A stretch of 60,466 nucleotides of DNA from Atractiella rhizophila (Eukaryota). The translations under genes and the position numbers were made by a program. Shown here piece after piece: positions 25,542 through 37,648 of this stretch (positions are counted from its first letter, which is position 1; each line of letters starts with the position of its first letter). The notes under the pieces were generated by a model, which was not told where the DNA came from, did not search any database, and saw only the letters and a program-made list of their open reading frames with translations. Location: the NCBI GenBank assembly GCA_021432655.1, contig MU271463.1, positions 1-60,466 of the forward strand, written 5' to 3'.

Positions 25542-26386
25542 ATGAGAGTCTCCAAGGCAGTAAGTCAGGCGTGAGTGGTTCTATGCTACCCTTAGATGCC
25601 TACTGATAGTTTCGGGGAAAAGAGCCATTGATTGGGCCCGTATTCAGCGCCTCAACCTCCCCAAAGGTAAGTCCCTCAATTCCCCCCAGCCCTCCGAAAA
25701 GAAGCCTTTTGGAATCCTCTGAATATGTGATATAGATACCGCGCTCTCCCTGGCCTCCTTCCGCAAGCGAACGGAAGATGCAAGGCGTCAAGTCGCCGCT
25801 TTGAGGGAGGCGAAGACCGAAGTGGATTTTGCGCACTACCGCTCTGTGCTCAAGAACCAAGATGTCGTTGGTGAGGCTGAGAAGGCCTTGAACAGCTTCA
25901 AGCCAGAGGAATACGATGTACAGGCTCAACTGAAGGCCATTGACGCTTTCAAACAGAAGGCCGTGAGTCATCATGTTCCTTCCGTGCTTCGCCGAGACGA
26001 AGACTGATTCCTGCCTTGAACAGTTGGAGTCGGCGAGAGCAACGGCTGGAAAGATTGATACGGAATTGAGGGATCTACAGGAGACATTGGGCAACATTGA
26101 GCAGGCCAGAGCCTTCGATCAGCTTTCTGTACATCTCCTCAACCCACCCACTCTTTCCTTTCCCCTTAGCTAACGCCTTGTTATTGATAGGTGGACGAGG
26201 TCTCCGCTGCTCAACCCGCGATTTCGAAGGCGGTTGAGGAATCGCTCAGGAAGGGCAAATGGACCGTGCCTGGCTACCACGAGAAGTTCGGCAACCTGAG
26301 TACGTCACCCTTCCCATCCTTAACTTCCCTCTCCACCTTCGGTACAACTTCTCATGCCCGTGAATGTGCATCCAGGCGCTATCTAA
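25542..26386 (+). CDS. ATP7: Mitochondrial ATP synthase subunit d
   Basis: AIDWARIQ, LASFRKR, VDFAHYRSVLKNQ, QLKAIDAF, LGNIEQARAFDQL and KGKWTVPGYHEKFGNL. Confidence 0.95.
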
Positions 26387-26739
26387 GGGATGATGTTGAG
26401 GAGGAAAATATTGCGACATGTTTCTTTCGCTCCTTTAGAACCCCTGTGGCTAGCTTACAACTCGAAGGTGACGCTCTAATGACAATCCCCATCAATATCA
26501 AATGTGCTTGCTTAAATGCTCTGCGTCCCTGTGTTAAATTGGCATGAGCCTGAGGCACTCGATTGAGTATGTCATGTCTCATCATCATCCAGCGACTCCG
26601 CGGCGTCTTGTCGAGAACATGTGCTGCCTTGAGCGTGTCTCACGCCTGACCGTGTAATCCACCGAATAGCTGAAGGGAAGGAAATCTACAACGACCCACT
26701 AGCTACTATAGGCAACCACCATCTCATCTCGCCCTAATA

Positions 26740-29475
26740 ATGGCACCTACATCGACCACGAAGCGCTTGCTTGACCTCCGAGATGTTTTGGAGCAGAGGA
26801 AACTAGATGCTTAGTATGTTCTAATCCTCCTCTCTACAAATTGTTGTTCAAGTCAAGCTCTTTCCCATCATTCAGTGTGGTGTTTATGAATGACGCTCAT
26901 GGTGTGCTGGTTTCTTTCCATCGAGAATCACTTGAGCTGACACTTTCAAGGCTCTGAATTCCCTCATCCTGCGGATAAACGGCTCGCCTTCATCTCCGGG
27001 TAAGTCTTCCTTTGGATTCCACGTTGCTAAGCTAGAAAGGCTGATGAATTGTCGCGAAGATTTACGGGTTATGGATTTGTGTGTTCTCCGGCGCATTACA
27101 TTCCTCTTTGACGAGATTGATGAAAAGGCGCTCATAACCCATTCGTCCGCATACATCTTCACTGGCGGCAAGCGCTTCTTGTTCTGTAACTGTGGCAACA
27201 GAGTTGTTGATGTTGAGTATACAGGTTTCGGCCCTTCGCAAGCACGAACCGAGATTGATGAGAACTGGGAGCTCGTTGAGATCACCGCTGCACATCCAGA
27301 AAATTGGCCAGAATGGTTGCTTGAGAATGTGAGCAGTTTCTTCCTAAGTCGATTCGAAAACCGAAAAGCACATGTTTATGTTGTTTTATGATAGGGAGAG
27401 GGATGGAGGATCGGTTTGGATGGGAGATTGTGTCCTTACGGTTTATGGTCTACGTTGGATGATCTGGACGCGTTGCTGACGTGAAAGAACAGTGTACCTC
27501 AGCGCTATCGAAAAAAAACTAGAACGTAAAGGAATCACCCTTGTTCTTGACGAAGAGAACAGTATAGACCAGATCTGGGAGAATCGTCCCTCTAGGTCAC
27601 AAAAGAAGTTGTTTATCCAGGATCTCAAGTACTCGGGTACGTAGTAGCTAACATGTGCATCCTGTAGAAACAGGCTGAAGAGACACTCACAGGTAAACCG
27701 GCATCCGAAAAGTTATTCGACCTCTGGCAATGGCTGTCCGCCCAGTCGTCTGAGTCGGCGTTTATCATCTCATCCCTGCAGGATATTGCCTGGCTGCTCA
27801 ATCTTCGAGGAGAAGACGATATACCGTACTCCCCACTTTTCTTTTCGTATTTATTGCTCCAGCGCACGGGAACGACGCTGTTCGTAGACGAGGAGAAGAT
27901 TGACGACGCGGTTCGGAAGTATTTAGATGGTCTCAAGATTCGAACGAGACCTTATGAGGAATTCGAGAGCGGTTTGAAAGAATTAAATTTCTTTATATCT
28001 GTGCTCAGCGCTACCGATCTCAGTTATTCCTTTGGTAAGGCCCTTATTCAAGGCGTCCCCGTTCGGTTTCAGCTTTAAAACGTGAATGAAGCTGAGCAGG
28101 TCGTAGCGACGGCACGACTTGACATTCATCGCGTCTCCAGTGACCGCTGCAAAGGCCGTCAAGAACAAAACTGAGATTGATGGTTTTAGAACTGGATATC
28201 TCAGAGACGCTGTAGCCTGGGCAAGGTGGGCAGGTACGCCGGCCCCTCTAATCTTCCATCACAGAAGCTGACACGGGGACGCAGGATGGCTCGAGGAATT
28301 CGTAAAGGAAGGTGGCATGATCAATGAACACGACGCTGGCGCTCGACTGGATGCTTACAGAGCATTGCAGGATAACTTCGTCGGGGTGCGCTCCATCATT
28401 GGTTCGTCTGCTGAGATGTGTCGCTAAAGAACCAATAATTAGCTGGCGTACCCGAATGTCTCTGCCACGGGTCGAAATGCTGCCTTGCCGCACTACTTCC
28501 CTCTACCTGAAGCTAAAGGAGACATCGTCAACAGGACTTCCCCTTACCTCAATGATTCAGGTCAGTTCATCAAGCCTGGTGTGAAGTGTGTGAACATTTC
28601 TCTGGAAAGGTGCGCAATATCGAGATTGCACCATTGATACGACCCGAACAACGCACTTTGGAAATCCAACCAAAGAAGTGAAGCAAACTTTCACTCGAGT
28701 CCTACAAGGCCATATCGGTGCGTTCCCCGCTTCCACCGTCAGGTAATGGGCTAATGCTATGTCAAGCAATTGATTCTGTTGTCTTCCCGGAGGGTGTTAC
28801 TGGGTATCAACTCGATATACTAGAGCGAAAGAAGCTTTGGCAGGATGGACTTGACTATCCGCACGGAAGGTCAGAATCATCTTTCTGCTCAATAACACCA
28901 CTGACAAAGAGAACAGTGGTCATGGTATCGGGAGTTTCAACATGCAAGCTTATTTACCGCCGCTCAAGGGTTAGCTCAACGTTTTTTACGGTCCACGAAG
29001 GTCCAGCTGGTCTTGCAATGTCGCGAAATTATGACGTGCCTTTTAAAGCTGGACATACAACTACCAATGAGCCCGGTCCGTCAGCATGATGCTTACCATC
29101 AGATAACTAACCTGGACCATCAGGCTACTATGTCGAGGGCCACTTCGGCATACGAATTGAGAGTTTTCTGCATTGCGTCGAAACGGGCAAGACGACTTCG
29201 CTTGGACAGAAATTACTAGGCTTCGAAAGGTTCACTCTCGTCCGTCACTTTGACCCGTTATCATTACATTTTATTAACTGGGAAGCGTTTAGGTGCCAAT
29301 TGACCCTCGTTTGGTCGATTTCTCCCTGCTGACCCGTTTTGAACGAAGATGGCTGAAAGAGCACAATCAGCTTTGTTACAATCGCGTCTCACCCCTTCTT
29401 GGGGGAGATACGAGAGCAAAGAAATGGCTGAAGAGGCATACTAAACTTCCTTGGACATTTCCCTGGCAAAGGTGA
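26740..29475 (+). CDS. Xaa-Pro aminopeptidase (M24B, XPNPEP1/Fra1-like), paralog 1
   Basis: [66 protein letters not shown] and GIRIE; many short introns. Confidence 0.92.
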
Positions 29476-29792
29476 CGGATAGGAAATACCGGAAGCTTGA
29501 CAAACGAAGTTTGAAATTATGACATGTCCGACTGCGCTACCTGCATGATGTTACAACTTTGAAAGTATCCTTTGGTCCCCGTCATCGAGTCGAACAATCC
29601 CAAACATCCACCATCGTTCGTCTAGAGTATCATACCAACTTCCAGTTGAAGTACCACTGCTGTCCCAAATACCCCCCAAGTGCGGTTACTAGTACCAGAA
29701 ACGGAAGAATCACTCGATCCGCTCAAGACGCGAAGGATCAGTAGAACAGAACGCAGATTTCTTCTGCAACAACCAACCTGAGAGAAAACCAG

Positions 29793-32544
29793 ATGGTGGT
29801 GCCTCAAATGGCCCGGGCACCCACATCGACTACGAAGCGTCTTATCGACCTTCGTCGTGCTTTGAATGAAGAAAAGCTTGATGCCTAGTCCGTCTTTCCA
29901 ATTGTACGGCTATTCTCTGACTTCAAGGTCTGCAGCGTCGTCACTGCAAATGATGCTCATGGTGACTTCCTTGCTTCGTGTTGAGGAAAGCATGTAGACT
30001 TTGAGTTATAAAGGCTCAGAGTTCCCAAACGATGCAGACAAGAGGCTAGCCTTTATATCTGGGCGAGTCTTTCTTTCCTCTTGCAATTATTTGTTAACGA
30101 CTTTCCTCAGGTTCACAGGATCGGGCTTTGTCTGTTTCCTTTTCCTCCTCCTCCAAGTAAATAGTTTAGGTTCACAGTGAATGAAGGCTCTCATCACGCG
30201 CTGGTCGGCGTACCTGTTTGCAGGAGGTAGGTTGCTCTAACGCGATGGGAACCCGAATACCTGACTCAACTCCGGGGCAGGTTTCTATTTCTCCCAAGCG
30301 AAGAGTGAACTTGATGAGAACTGGGTGCTCATCGAAGTCAACGCCAGGCAGACAGACTGGTCGCATTGGCTCCTTGAGAACGTAAGCATGCTTCACTTGA
30401 ATTATGTCAGCAGCATTTAAGCGCTGGACACCTTTCCTTAGGCAGAAGAATGGAGGGTCGGGATGGACGCAAACCTATTCCCTTATTGTTAGTCGGCGGT
30501 TTTTAGAGGATACGGCTGACGGCCTGAGACTGTGCAGTGTATCTCAACAACATCGTGGATACGCTGAAGAAGAAGAATATTGACGTGATTCTCGACGAGA
30601 AAAACCTGATCGACCAGGTCTGGGCAGAACGTCCTCTCAAGTCGAAGAAAAAAATCTACTTGCAAGAGTTGCAGTACTCTGGTTCGTGATTTGATTTTTT
30701 GATCCAAAACAAGATATCTATATATGCCTTCTCTCTGGTTCAGGGAAAGCTTCAGCTCAAAAGCTGTTTGATTTACGTCAGTGGCTTTCAGCCCAATTCT
30801 CTGATTCAACACTTGTCATCACATCCCTTCAAGACATTGCTTGGCTCCTCAATCTCAGAGGCTCTGGCGACATCCCTTACTCTCCGCTCTTTTACGCACA
30901 CTTCATTATCTCTCCTACAGAATCTACTCTGTTCTTAGATGAAGAGAAGATCGACCGGAAGATTCGAAATTATCTGGATGCCTTGAACGTCCGCACGCGG
31001 CCCTATGAAGAAATTGCCCAGGGCTTTGGAGAGCTCAAGTCAAAGACAGTATTCAGCGGTACAGACCTCAGTTATGCACTTGCTAAAATAGCCAAGGAAA
31101 TTCCTGTGCTGCGATTCCTCTGTGGCAACTCGGAAGAACTACTGACAGAAAGTAGGGAGTGGAACTGCGTTTCGTCGCGTCTCCAGTGACTGCAGCCAAA
31201 GCCGTGAAGAACAAGCAAGAGATCGAAGGGTTCAGAGCAGGATATCTCAGGGATGCTGCTAGTTGGGCGAGATGGGCCGGTGGGATATCCTCTGTTATCC
31301 AGTACAAATGCTCACCAGATTAAGCAGGATGGTTGGAAGAAGCGATCCGGTCTCATGAGAAGATTAACGAATATGAGGCTGGTGCAAGGCTTGATGCCTA
31401 CAGAGCATTACAGGACAAATTTGTCAGCGTAAGCCGCCTTTCTCGTGTGGGTTGAGCCGGAGCTGATCTGAAACATGAATCTTTAGCTTGGAGGTAGCAG
31501 CATCTCTGCGACTGGGCGGAATGCTGCCTTTCCTTTCTATTCACCATCACTCCAATCGCAGGGAGACGTCCTCGACAAGATATCTCCGTATCTAAATGAT
31601 TCAGGTAGGTGACAGAAATCTTCCTAGCTCCCTGCCTGATTTTCGGCTGTAGGTGCGCAATACCTGGATTCCACTACTGACACTACTCGTACAATGCATT
31701 TTGGGAAACCAAGTCAAGAAGTAAAGAGAGCTTTTACAAGGGTGTTACAAGGGCATATCGGTGCGTCGTGCGACATTAGTTCCCACACAAAGGTGCGATT
31801 GCTAACTCAGATATGAAGCTGTTGATTCCGCTGTGTTTCCGGAAGGTGTTACTGGTTTTCAGCTTGATATTCTGGAGCGGACTAAACTATGGCAAGATGG
31901 CCTCGATTACCCTCATGGCAGGTGAGTATTGAAGTTACAGTTGCAACAGGTCGCTGAGTGAGAGCATAGTGGTCATGGTGTTGGCAACTTCAACTCGTAA
32001 GGCATTGATATGTTCCCTTCGATAATAGCTCATCTGTTTGGTAGGTCCCATGAAGGTCCAATAGGCATCGGAAAGTCGAGAGCTTGGGACTCAGTCCCTC
32101 TGCAGGCTGGGCATACAATAACGAATGAGCCAGGTCTGCTTAGTATTACCCTGATGGAAACAGTGCAAGAGGTAACGTCGATTGTACAGGTTATTATCTC
32201 GAGAACCACTTCGGGATTCGTCTGGAAAGTCACCTTCTTTGCGTAGAGACGGGTAGGACGACCTCTCTCGGGCAAAAGTTACTTTCTTTTGAGCGGTTCA
32301 CTCTCGTTTGTTTTCTCCTTTCAAAGGTTCCGCTCCACAGCTAAGGATCTGTGGCCCCTAGGTGCCAATCGACCCTCGTCTCGTCGACTTTTCCCTTTTG
32401 ACGCGCTTTGAACGACAATGGCTTAAAAGACACAACCAGCTTTGCTATGCTCGCGTGAGTCCCCATCTAGGTGAGGACAAAAGAGCGAAGAAATGGTTGA
32501 AGAGGCACACTAAATCGCCATGGAGGTTTCCCTGGTGTGACTAA
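29793..32544 (+). CDS. Xaa-Pro aminopeptidase (M24B), paralog 2
   Basis: Same exon structure as paralog 1; [34 protein letters not shown] and GIRLE. Start is 29793 or 29808. Confidence 0.92.
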
Positions 32545-32769
32545 GGAATGTCGATTTGTAGTGCTGTGGTGCAAATAATGAGACATGCAGATAGCTGTCC
32601 TGGAGCCTCGTGTAACTCTGAACAAACGATGCAATTGCTGTCATGAGGTAGTTGTGATGCGGTGGTACAGAAGACAGTATCGGTATGAAATCGCGCTCAA
32701 AAATCCAGCAAGAACTCAAAGAGAGAGAAAATACAATAAAGGTATCACCACGATGGTTCCCACCCCCAC

Positions 32770-34777
32770 CTACGACTCGGAGCCTTGCATCTGCTTCAGG
32801 TCACTTGCCACCTCGAAAGGCGCAGCGGTCTTCGCTCGCACTTCCTCCAACGAGACACCGGGAGCCAACTCAGTGAGCGTCATCACTCCCTTATGGCGGT
32901 CGACATCGAAGACACAGAGGTCTGTGATGATTTGAGAGACACATCGAACGCCGGTTAGAGGAAGCTCGCATTCTATACCATTCTATTATTGTTTGGTTGA
33001 TGAAGATGAACGAAATAAGTACCTTCGAAAATCTTGGGCTTGTCCCCCTTCGCAACGTGGTCCATCACAACGATGACTTTTGTGGAATCTGGGTTCGAAA
33101 CAAGGTCCATTGCTCCACCCATACCCTTGACTACTTTTCCAGGGATCATATAATTTGCGAGATCTCCCTTAGATGAAACTTGGAGAGCACCAAGCATAGA
33201 AACGTCAACATGTCCACCGCGGATCATAGCGAAAGATTCGTCGCTCGCGAACGTTGCGCTACCAGGTAGAAGCGTGACAGATTCCTTGCCTGCATTCACG
33301 ATGTCCGCATCAAGCTCTTCCTTCGTGGGATAAGGACCCATCCCTTTAGCACGCGCACGTATCAAATTGTGAGTAGAAATTCGAAATAGTACGACAAAAC
33401 TCACCTAATATGCCGTTCTCCGACTGCATGTGCACTGTTGTCCCAGGCTCCAGGAAGGAGGGGGCGAGCATAGGCATCCCGATTCCTAGGTTGACGTACA
33501 TTCCGTCTTTCAATTCTTTGGCCGCACGTCTGACGATACGCTCTCTCCTCTTCCTCGCTTCGTCCTTTCCGAGAAGTGCAGAATCGTCCTTTTTCTCATC
33601 ACGCAGAACAGTAATTTCCAACCGCTTCTCTTCAGTAGCTGGAACAACGCGGTCGACGTAGATTCCGGGGAGATGAATGTGGTTCGGGTCGAGGGAACCA
33701 ACGGGGACAATCTCTTCAGCTTCTACGATTGTGAGTTTAGCGGAACGTGCGAAAGGACCATGGAAGTTTTGCGCGGAATACCTAATTGAGGAAACCAGTA
33801 TAAGACTCTCAATTTTGCTGGACACGAGAAGAGACGAACCGGAACATGCAGTTGCCATACTCATCCGCCTTCCACACCCTCACGAAAGCAACATCACCCA
33901 CGATTGCCTCCTCCATAATGTAGTCCTTCCCATTGAATTTCCTCGATTCCCTCGGCTTGCCGGGAATGGCAACACTTCCATCAGGGTTGTACTTGATCGC
34001 TATTCCGCCAGTTTGAACCAGGGTACCAAATCCAGTAGGGGTATAGAAGGCTGGTATTCCCGCTCCTCCTGCTCGTGCGCGCTCTGCAATAGTACCTTGA
34101 GGAGTAAGCTCCAACTCGATCTCGCCTTTTAGATAAAGTTGCTCGAAGTGCTGATGCACAACGGAGATTTAGTTTGTAACGAGAGAGGGAAAAGAGACAG
34201 ACTTTGTTTGATCCAATGTAGGAGCAAATCATCTTCCCAATCTGGCCAGAATGTAATAAAGCACCTATAACAAGGACAACATATCTCAGAACACTGTCCC
34301 TTCTCCTTTGGTCCTTCCAACTCCAGCAGTCATCCAAAGCAAACGCTTACCCAAGCCGAATTTCCCCACTCCACAGTTATTGCTCACAGCAGTCAAATTC
34401 TTCACCTCAGGCCGCCTCGACAGAGCTTGAATGAGCGTATCAGGCGTCCCACAAAGCCCAAATCCTCCAGAGAGGAGGACAGAGTTGCTTTTCAGGTCTG
34501 CGACCGCCGAGTCGGCAGAGTCCCAGACTTTCTTCATCCCCTGCGTATTTGCGAGAATCGGACGGGAAGACGAGAAACATCTTGCCTGTTCAATGCCGCA
34601 TCATCAGCACCGTCCATGGAGCTCAATATTCTGTCTGGAAGCACATAATGCTTCTGACAACGCCATTTAAATGTTGTTCTCATCCATTTCATCCACACTC
34701 CCCGTGGTCCGAAAGAAAGCACACACCTGCATAAGACCAGCTCGAACGATGGAAGGACGTAAGAGTGTCGACATCAT
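32770..34777 (-). CDS. Succinyl-CoA:3-ketoacid CoA transferase (SCOT/OXCT1-like), mitochondrial
   Basis: [51 protein letters not shown] (catalytic Glu) and [10 protein letters not shown]. Confidence 0.96.
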
Positions 34778-35516
34778 GTGCTACGTGAACGATACAGAGG
34801 ATGGAATGGAGAGGAGAGTGGCTAGAGAGGAGACGTCGTCGTTTCTCGACTCTTTTTGTGCAGCATGCTGGCAGAACGATTTCCCGGTCCCGGCAGCTGG
34901 CGAGCTGAAGGGAAAAATCGGTCCAACCAAGTTCTCTCATTCGAACCAGCATTCGTACAAGTTCTAGCAGAGTCGCAACGCCAGCACGTCAGGCATCCTT
35001 TGACCATTTGGCGGGGGATGCGCTCCCCGTTCTTTGCGGCGTGCTTGCCAAAGCTTTGTCACGCGGCGCCATTGGCGCGCCGATCTCTAGTCACGTGCTG
35101 CTATTCTTGTTCTTTCCTTCTATTGTTCCTGTTGTGGGAGCATTGCAGCCAGGCAGCGTGAACGCATTTGTCGGGAATTGGGACATCACCTTCTCCTGCT
35201 GGTTGAGCAAACGGTGGGTCGGTTCTGCTATCATCCTTTCTTGGTCTTGAGAACTTGAGCTCTCAGCGCGTTTGTAATGTTTCCCAGTGAAGAGTCCTTT
35301 GGTGGAACTTGGACGCGATTGTTAGGATATAAATGCTGTAGAGGTATAGACAATTCAAGGGTAGTTAGATGTGAAGATAGACAGCGAACAAAATAGCCAA
35401 CTAGGCATCCCAAAAATGGTTCCCTCACGGCGTCCCATCATGCTTCCACTGTTTTTGACTTCGCAGTTATTATCAGCATCTTTACTGCTCTGTGTGCAAG
35501 CAAACGAGACGACTCA

Positions 35517-36991
35517 CTAATAATCATCGTTGTCCACAGTTTCCACATTCTTTTCTATATTGACCATCACGCCTCCGCTCTGACTCAATGAGTGTTGAGC
35601 GACATGCGTGGGTTGAGTCTGCACATTGGAGAGCGGGTACGCCTTTTGTGAACCCACTCCCGTCTCCCCTGGACCCCGCACTGTGGTACGAAAGAGAGAG
35701 GAGGGAACGCCGACGTGCGACGACGAATTGTGCATCTTGATTTGTGGAGCCCGAAGGTTGAGCACCACTCGGGCTGCCATCATTGGGGCGACCAGCAGAG
35801 CAAGAGGAGTCTAATACACAGAGAGTTACAGTTAAGCATCTTGATTTTCGTTGAAGAAGTGAACCTTACGTTGAACGCGTTATTTGTCCTGAGTTAAAAG
35901 TGTGGGGCTAAGTGGGATCAATCTGAAGGCATAAAGAAACTTACACTCCAGGAATGACGAAGTAGACGACATTTACTCCGTTTCTATTCGTTCATTCAGA
36001 CGGGTTTAGGTATTCGGGGAGAATAAAGTAAGAAAATGAAAGACTTACACTGCAGCGGAAACAAAAAAGAACAGTGCTCCGTCTCTAAAGAAAGCCTCCA
36101 GAAGGGGAGTGCTGCCTCCAGTCTTGTAGTATTTAAACAGCGGAATGAGAGTGAGGGCGAAGACGACTGCATCATAGAAAAGCGGGATTGCCCAATGGAG
36201 CTATTTTACAACTCACTGAATGAGCTTTGCTGTGGGAAGAATAAGAGCATACCCAGATGTATGACACGCCTCCGTTCGATATGCAGCCTTTCAAACCAAA
36301 GCCATCTGGAATAGGGAGCGGCTCATCCTGAACAAAGATAAAAATTTTAACCGCCACTCCGACGGTGCTCAATGTTGCTAGCCCATAGGCAATCATGCGA
36401 TTTTGGTTCCATATCTAGCCAAAAATGTAAATCTTCGTCAATATTGCAAGATAAAGAGCATGCTCACGGCGTAGACTCGAGCTCCGAGAAGAAACTCATT
36501 GGACCATATGAGAAGGAGAGCCCATACTGTTCAAGTTCCTCATGAGATGCAAGAAGAGGTCTTTTGAAAATAAACCAACCTGGTTGGATAAAATGGATCT
36601 TTTTACAGGTTGCTGAAGGAATTTCCGACCAGAAAGTAATCATGAACAAGACCTGGAGAATTTTTGGCATCAATTTGTGCAATTTTAGACCAAAGGGCTA
36701 TGTCAGCACGTACCGCCAGCCCGAGTCCCCAGTACCTGTTGAAGAAAAAAGCGGCACGAACAAAGGTCCATCGTTCCGCTTTCCACATCCTTGAATACTC
36801 CATGGGAAAAGTGACAATGTATTCCCAGAAGTAGACCTTTTCATCACTTGTCAGTGAGAACCAAACCGAGACAGATCATATAATGGACATACCGCGACAA
36901 TGGCCGTCAAATAAACGCGACTGTCATTCAAGACATTGTCGAGGAAGACGATTTGAGCCGGAAGCGTAACAGTTGCGGTTGAGTCAGCCAT
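35517..36991 (-). CDS. DUF6533-type multi-pass membrane protein
   Basis: VYFWEYIVTFPMEYSRMWK...AFFFNRY, LRVYAIW-like segment and C-terminal MMAARVVLNLR; several hydrophobic helices. Confidence 0.8.
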
Positions 36992-37648
36992 CTTCTCTCC
37001 TTTGAGACTTCGAGGAGAGGAGTCCACAAGTCCTTCAAGAAAGCAGAGGTAATGACGGTCTACGTCGAGTTGAGGAGATTTGTCCCTCCCTCATTTGGTA
37101 TTTATTCTTGTCTGCCTGAAATATTCTTCTGGCACAGGAGTCGGAAGGTCCCTGGTTGACGTCTGCGCTGCACCAAGGATCACACAAGCGTCGGGTGGTA
37201 ACGACGTGGCCAAAATGAATGAATGCTTCGAACCTCTTGTCTGTGAGGTTATGTGGTCTAAAGACAATTCTTCTTGGGCCTTCGTAACAAGATCTGCAGA
37301 GATTACCGCAATTTGCTGGGGTCTACAACCCCAACTCAGACTGAACTCCGAAAGCAAAATTTGCGGAGGGACACAAATCCAACCTTCTCCAGTCCTGGAC
37401 ATTCATCCATTGACAGAGGCACGCGAAATTTTTCACATCATCAATTTCGACCAACTGTCGACACTTTGTTGAGACCCCAATTCAAAGGACGGTTCGCCTT
37501 GCCGGAACAGCCGTATCAGGGGAGAGCGGCCTCCGCTTCCACTTTCGATCGCTCAGGCTTCCAGCTTCACCTCCGATCAATCATATTCATTGCACTTTAT
37601 AAATGTAGGATTGGCATTGGTCGCACAGACCCAACGACCTTACAAACC

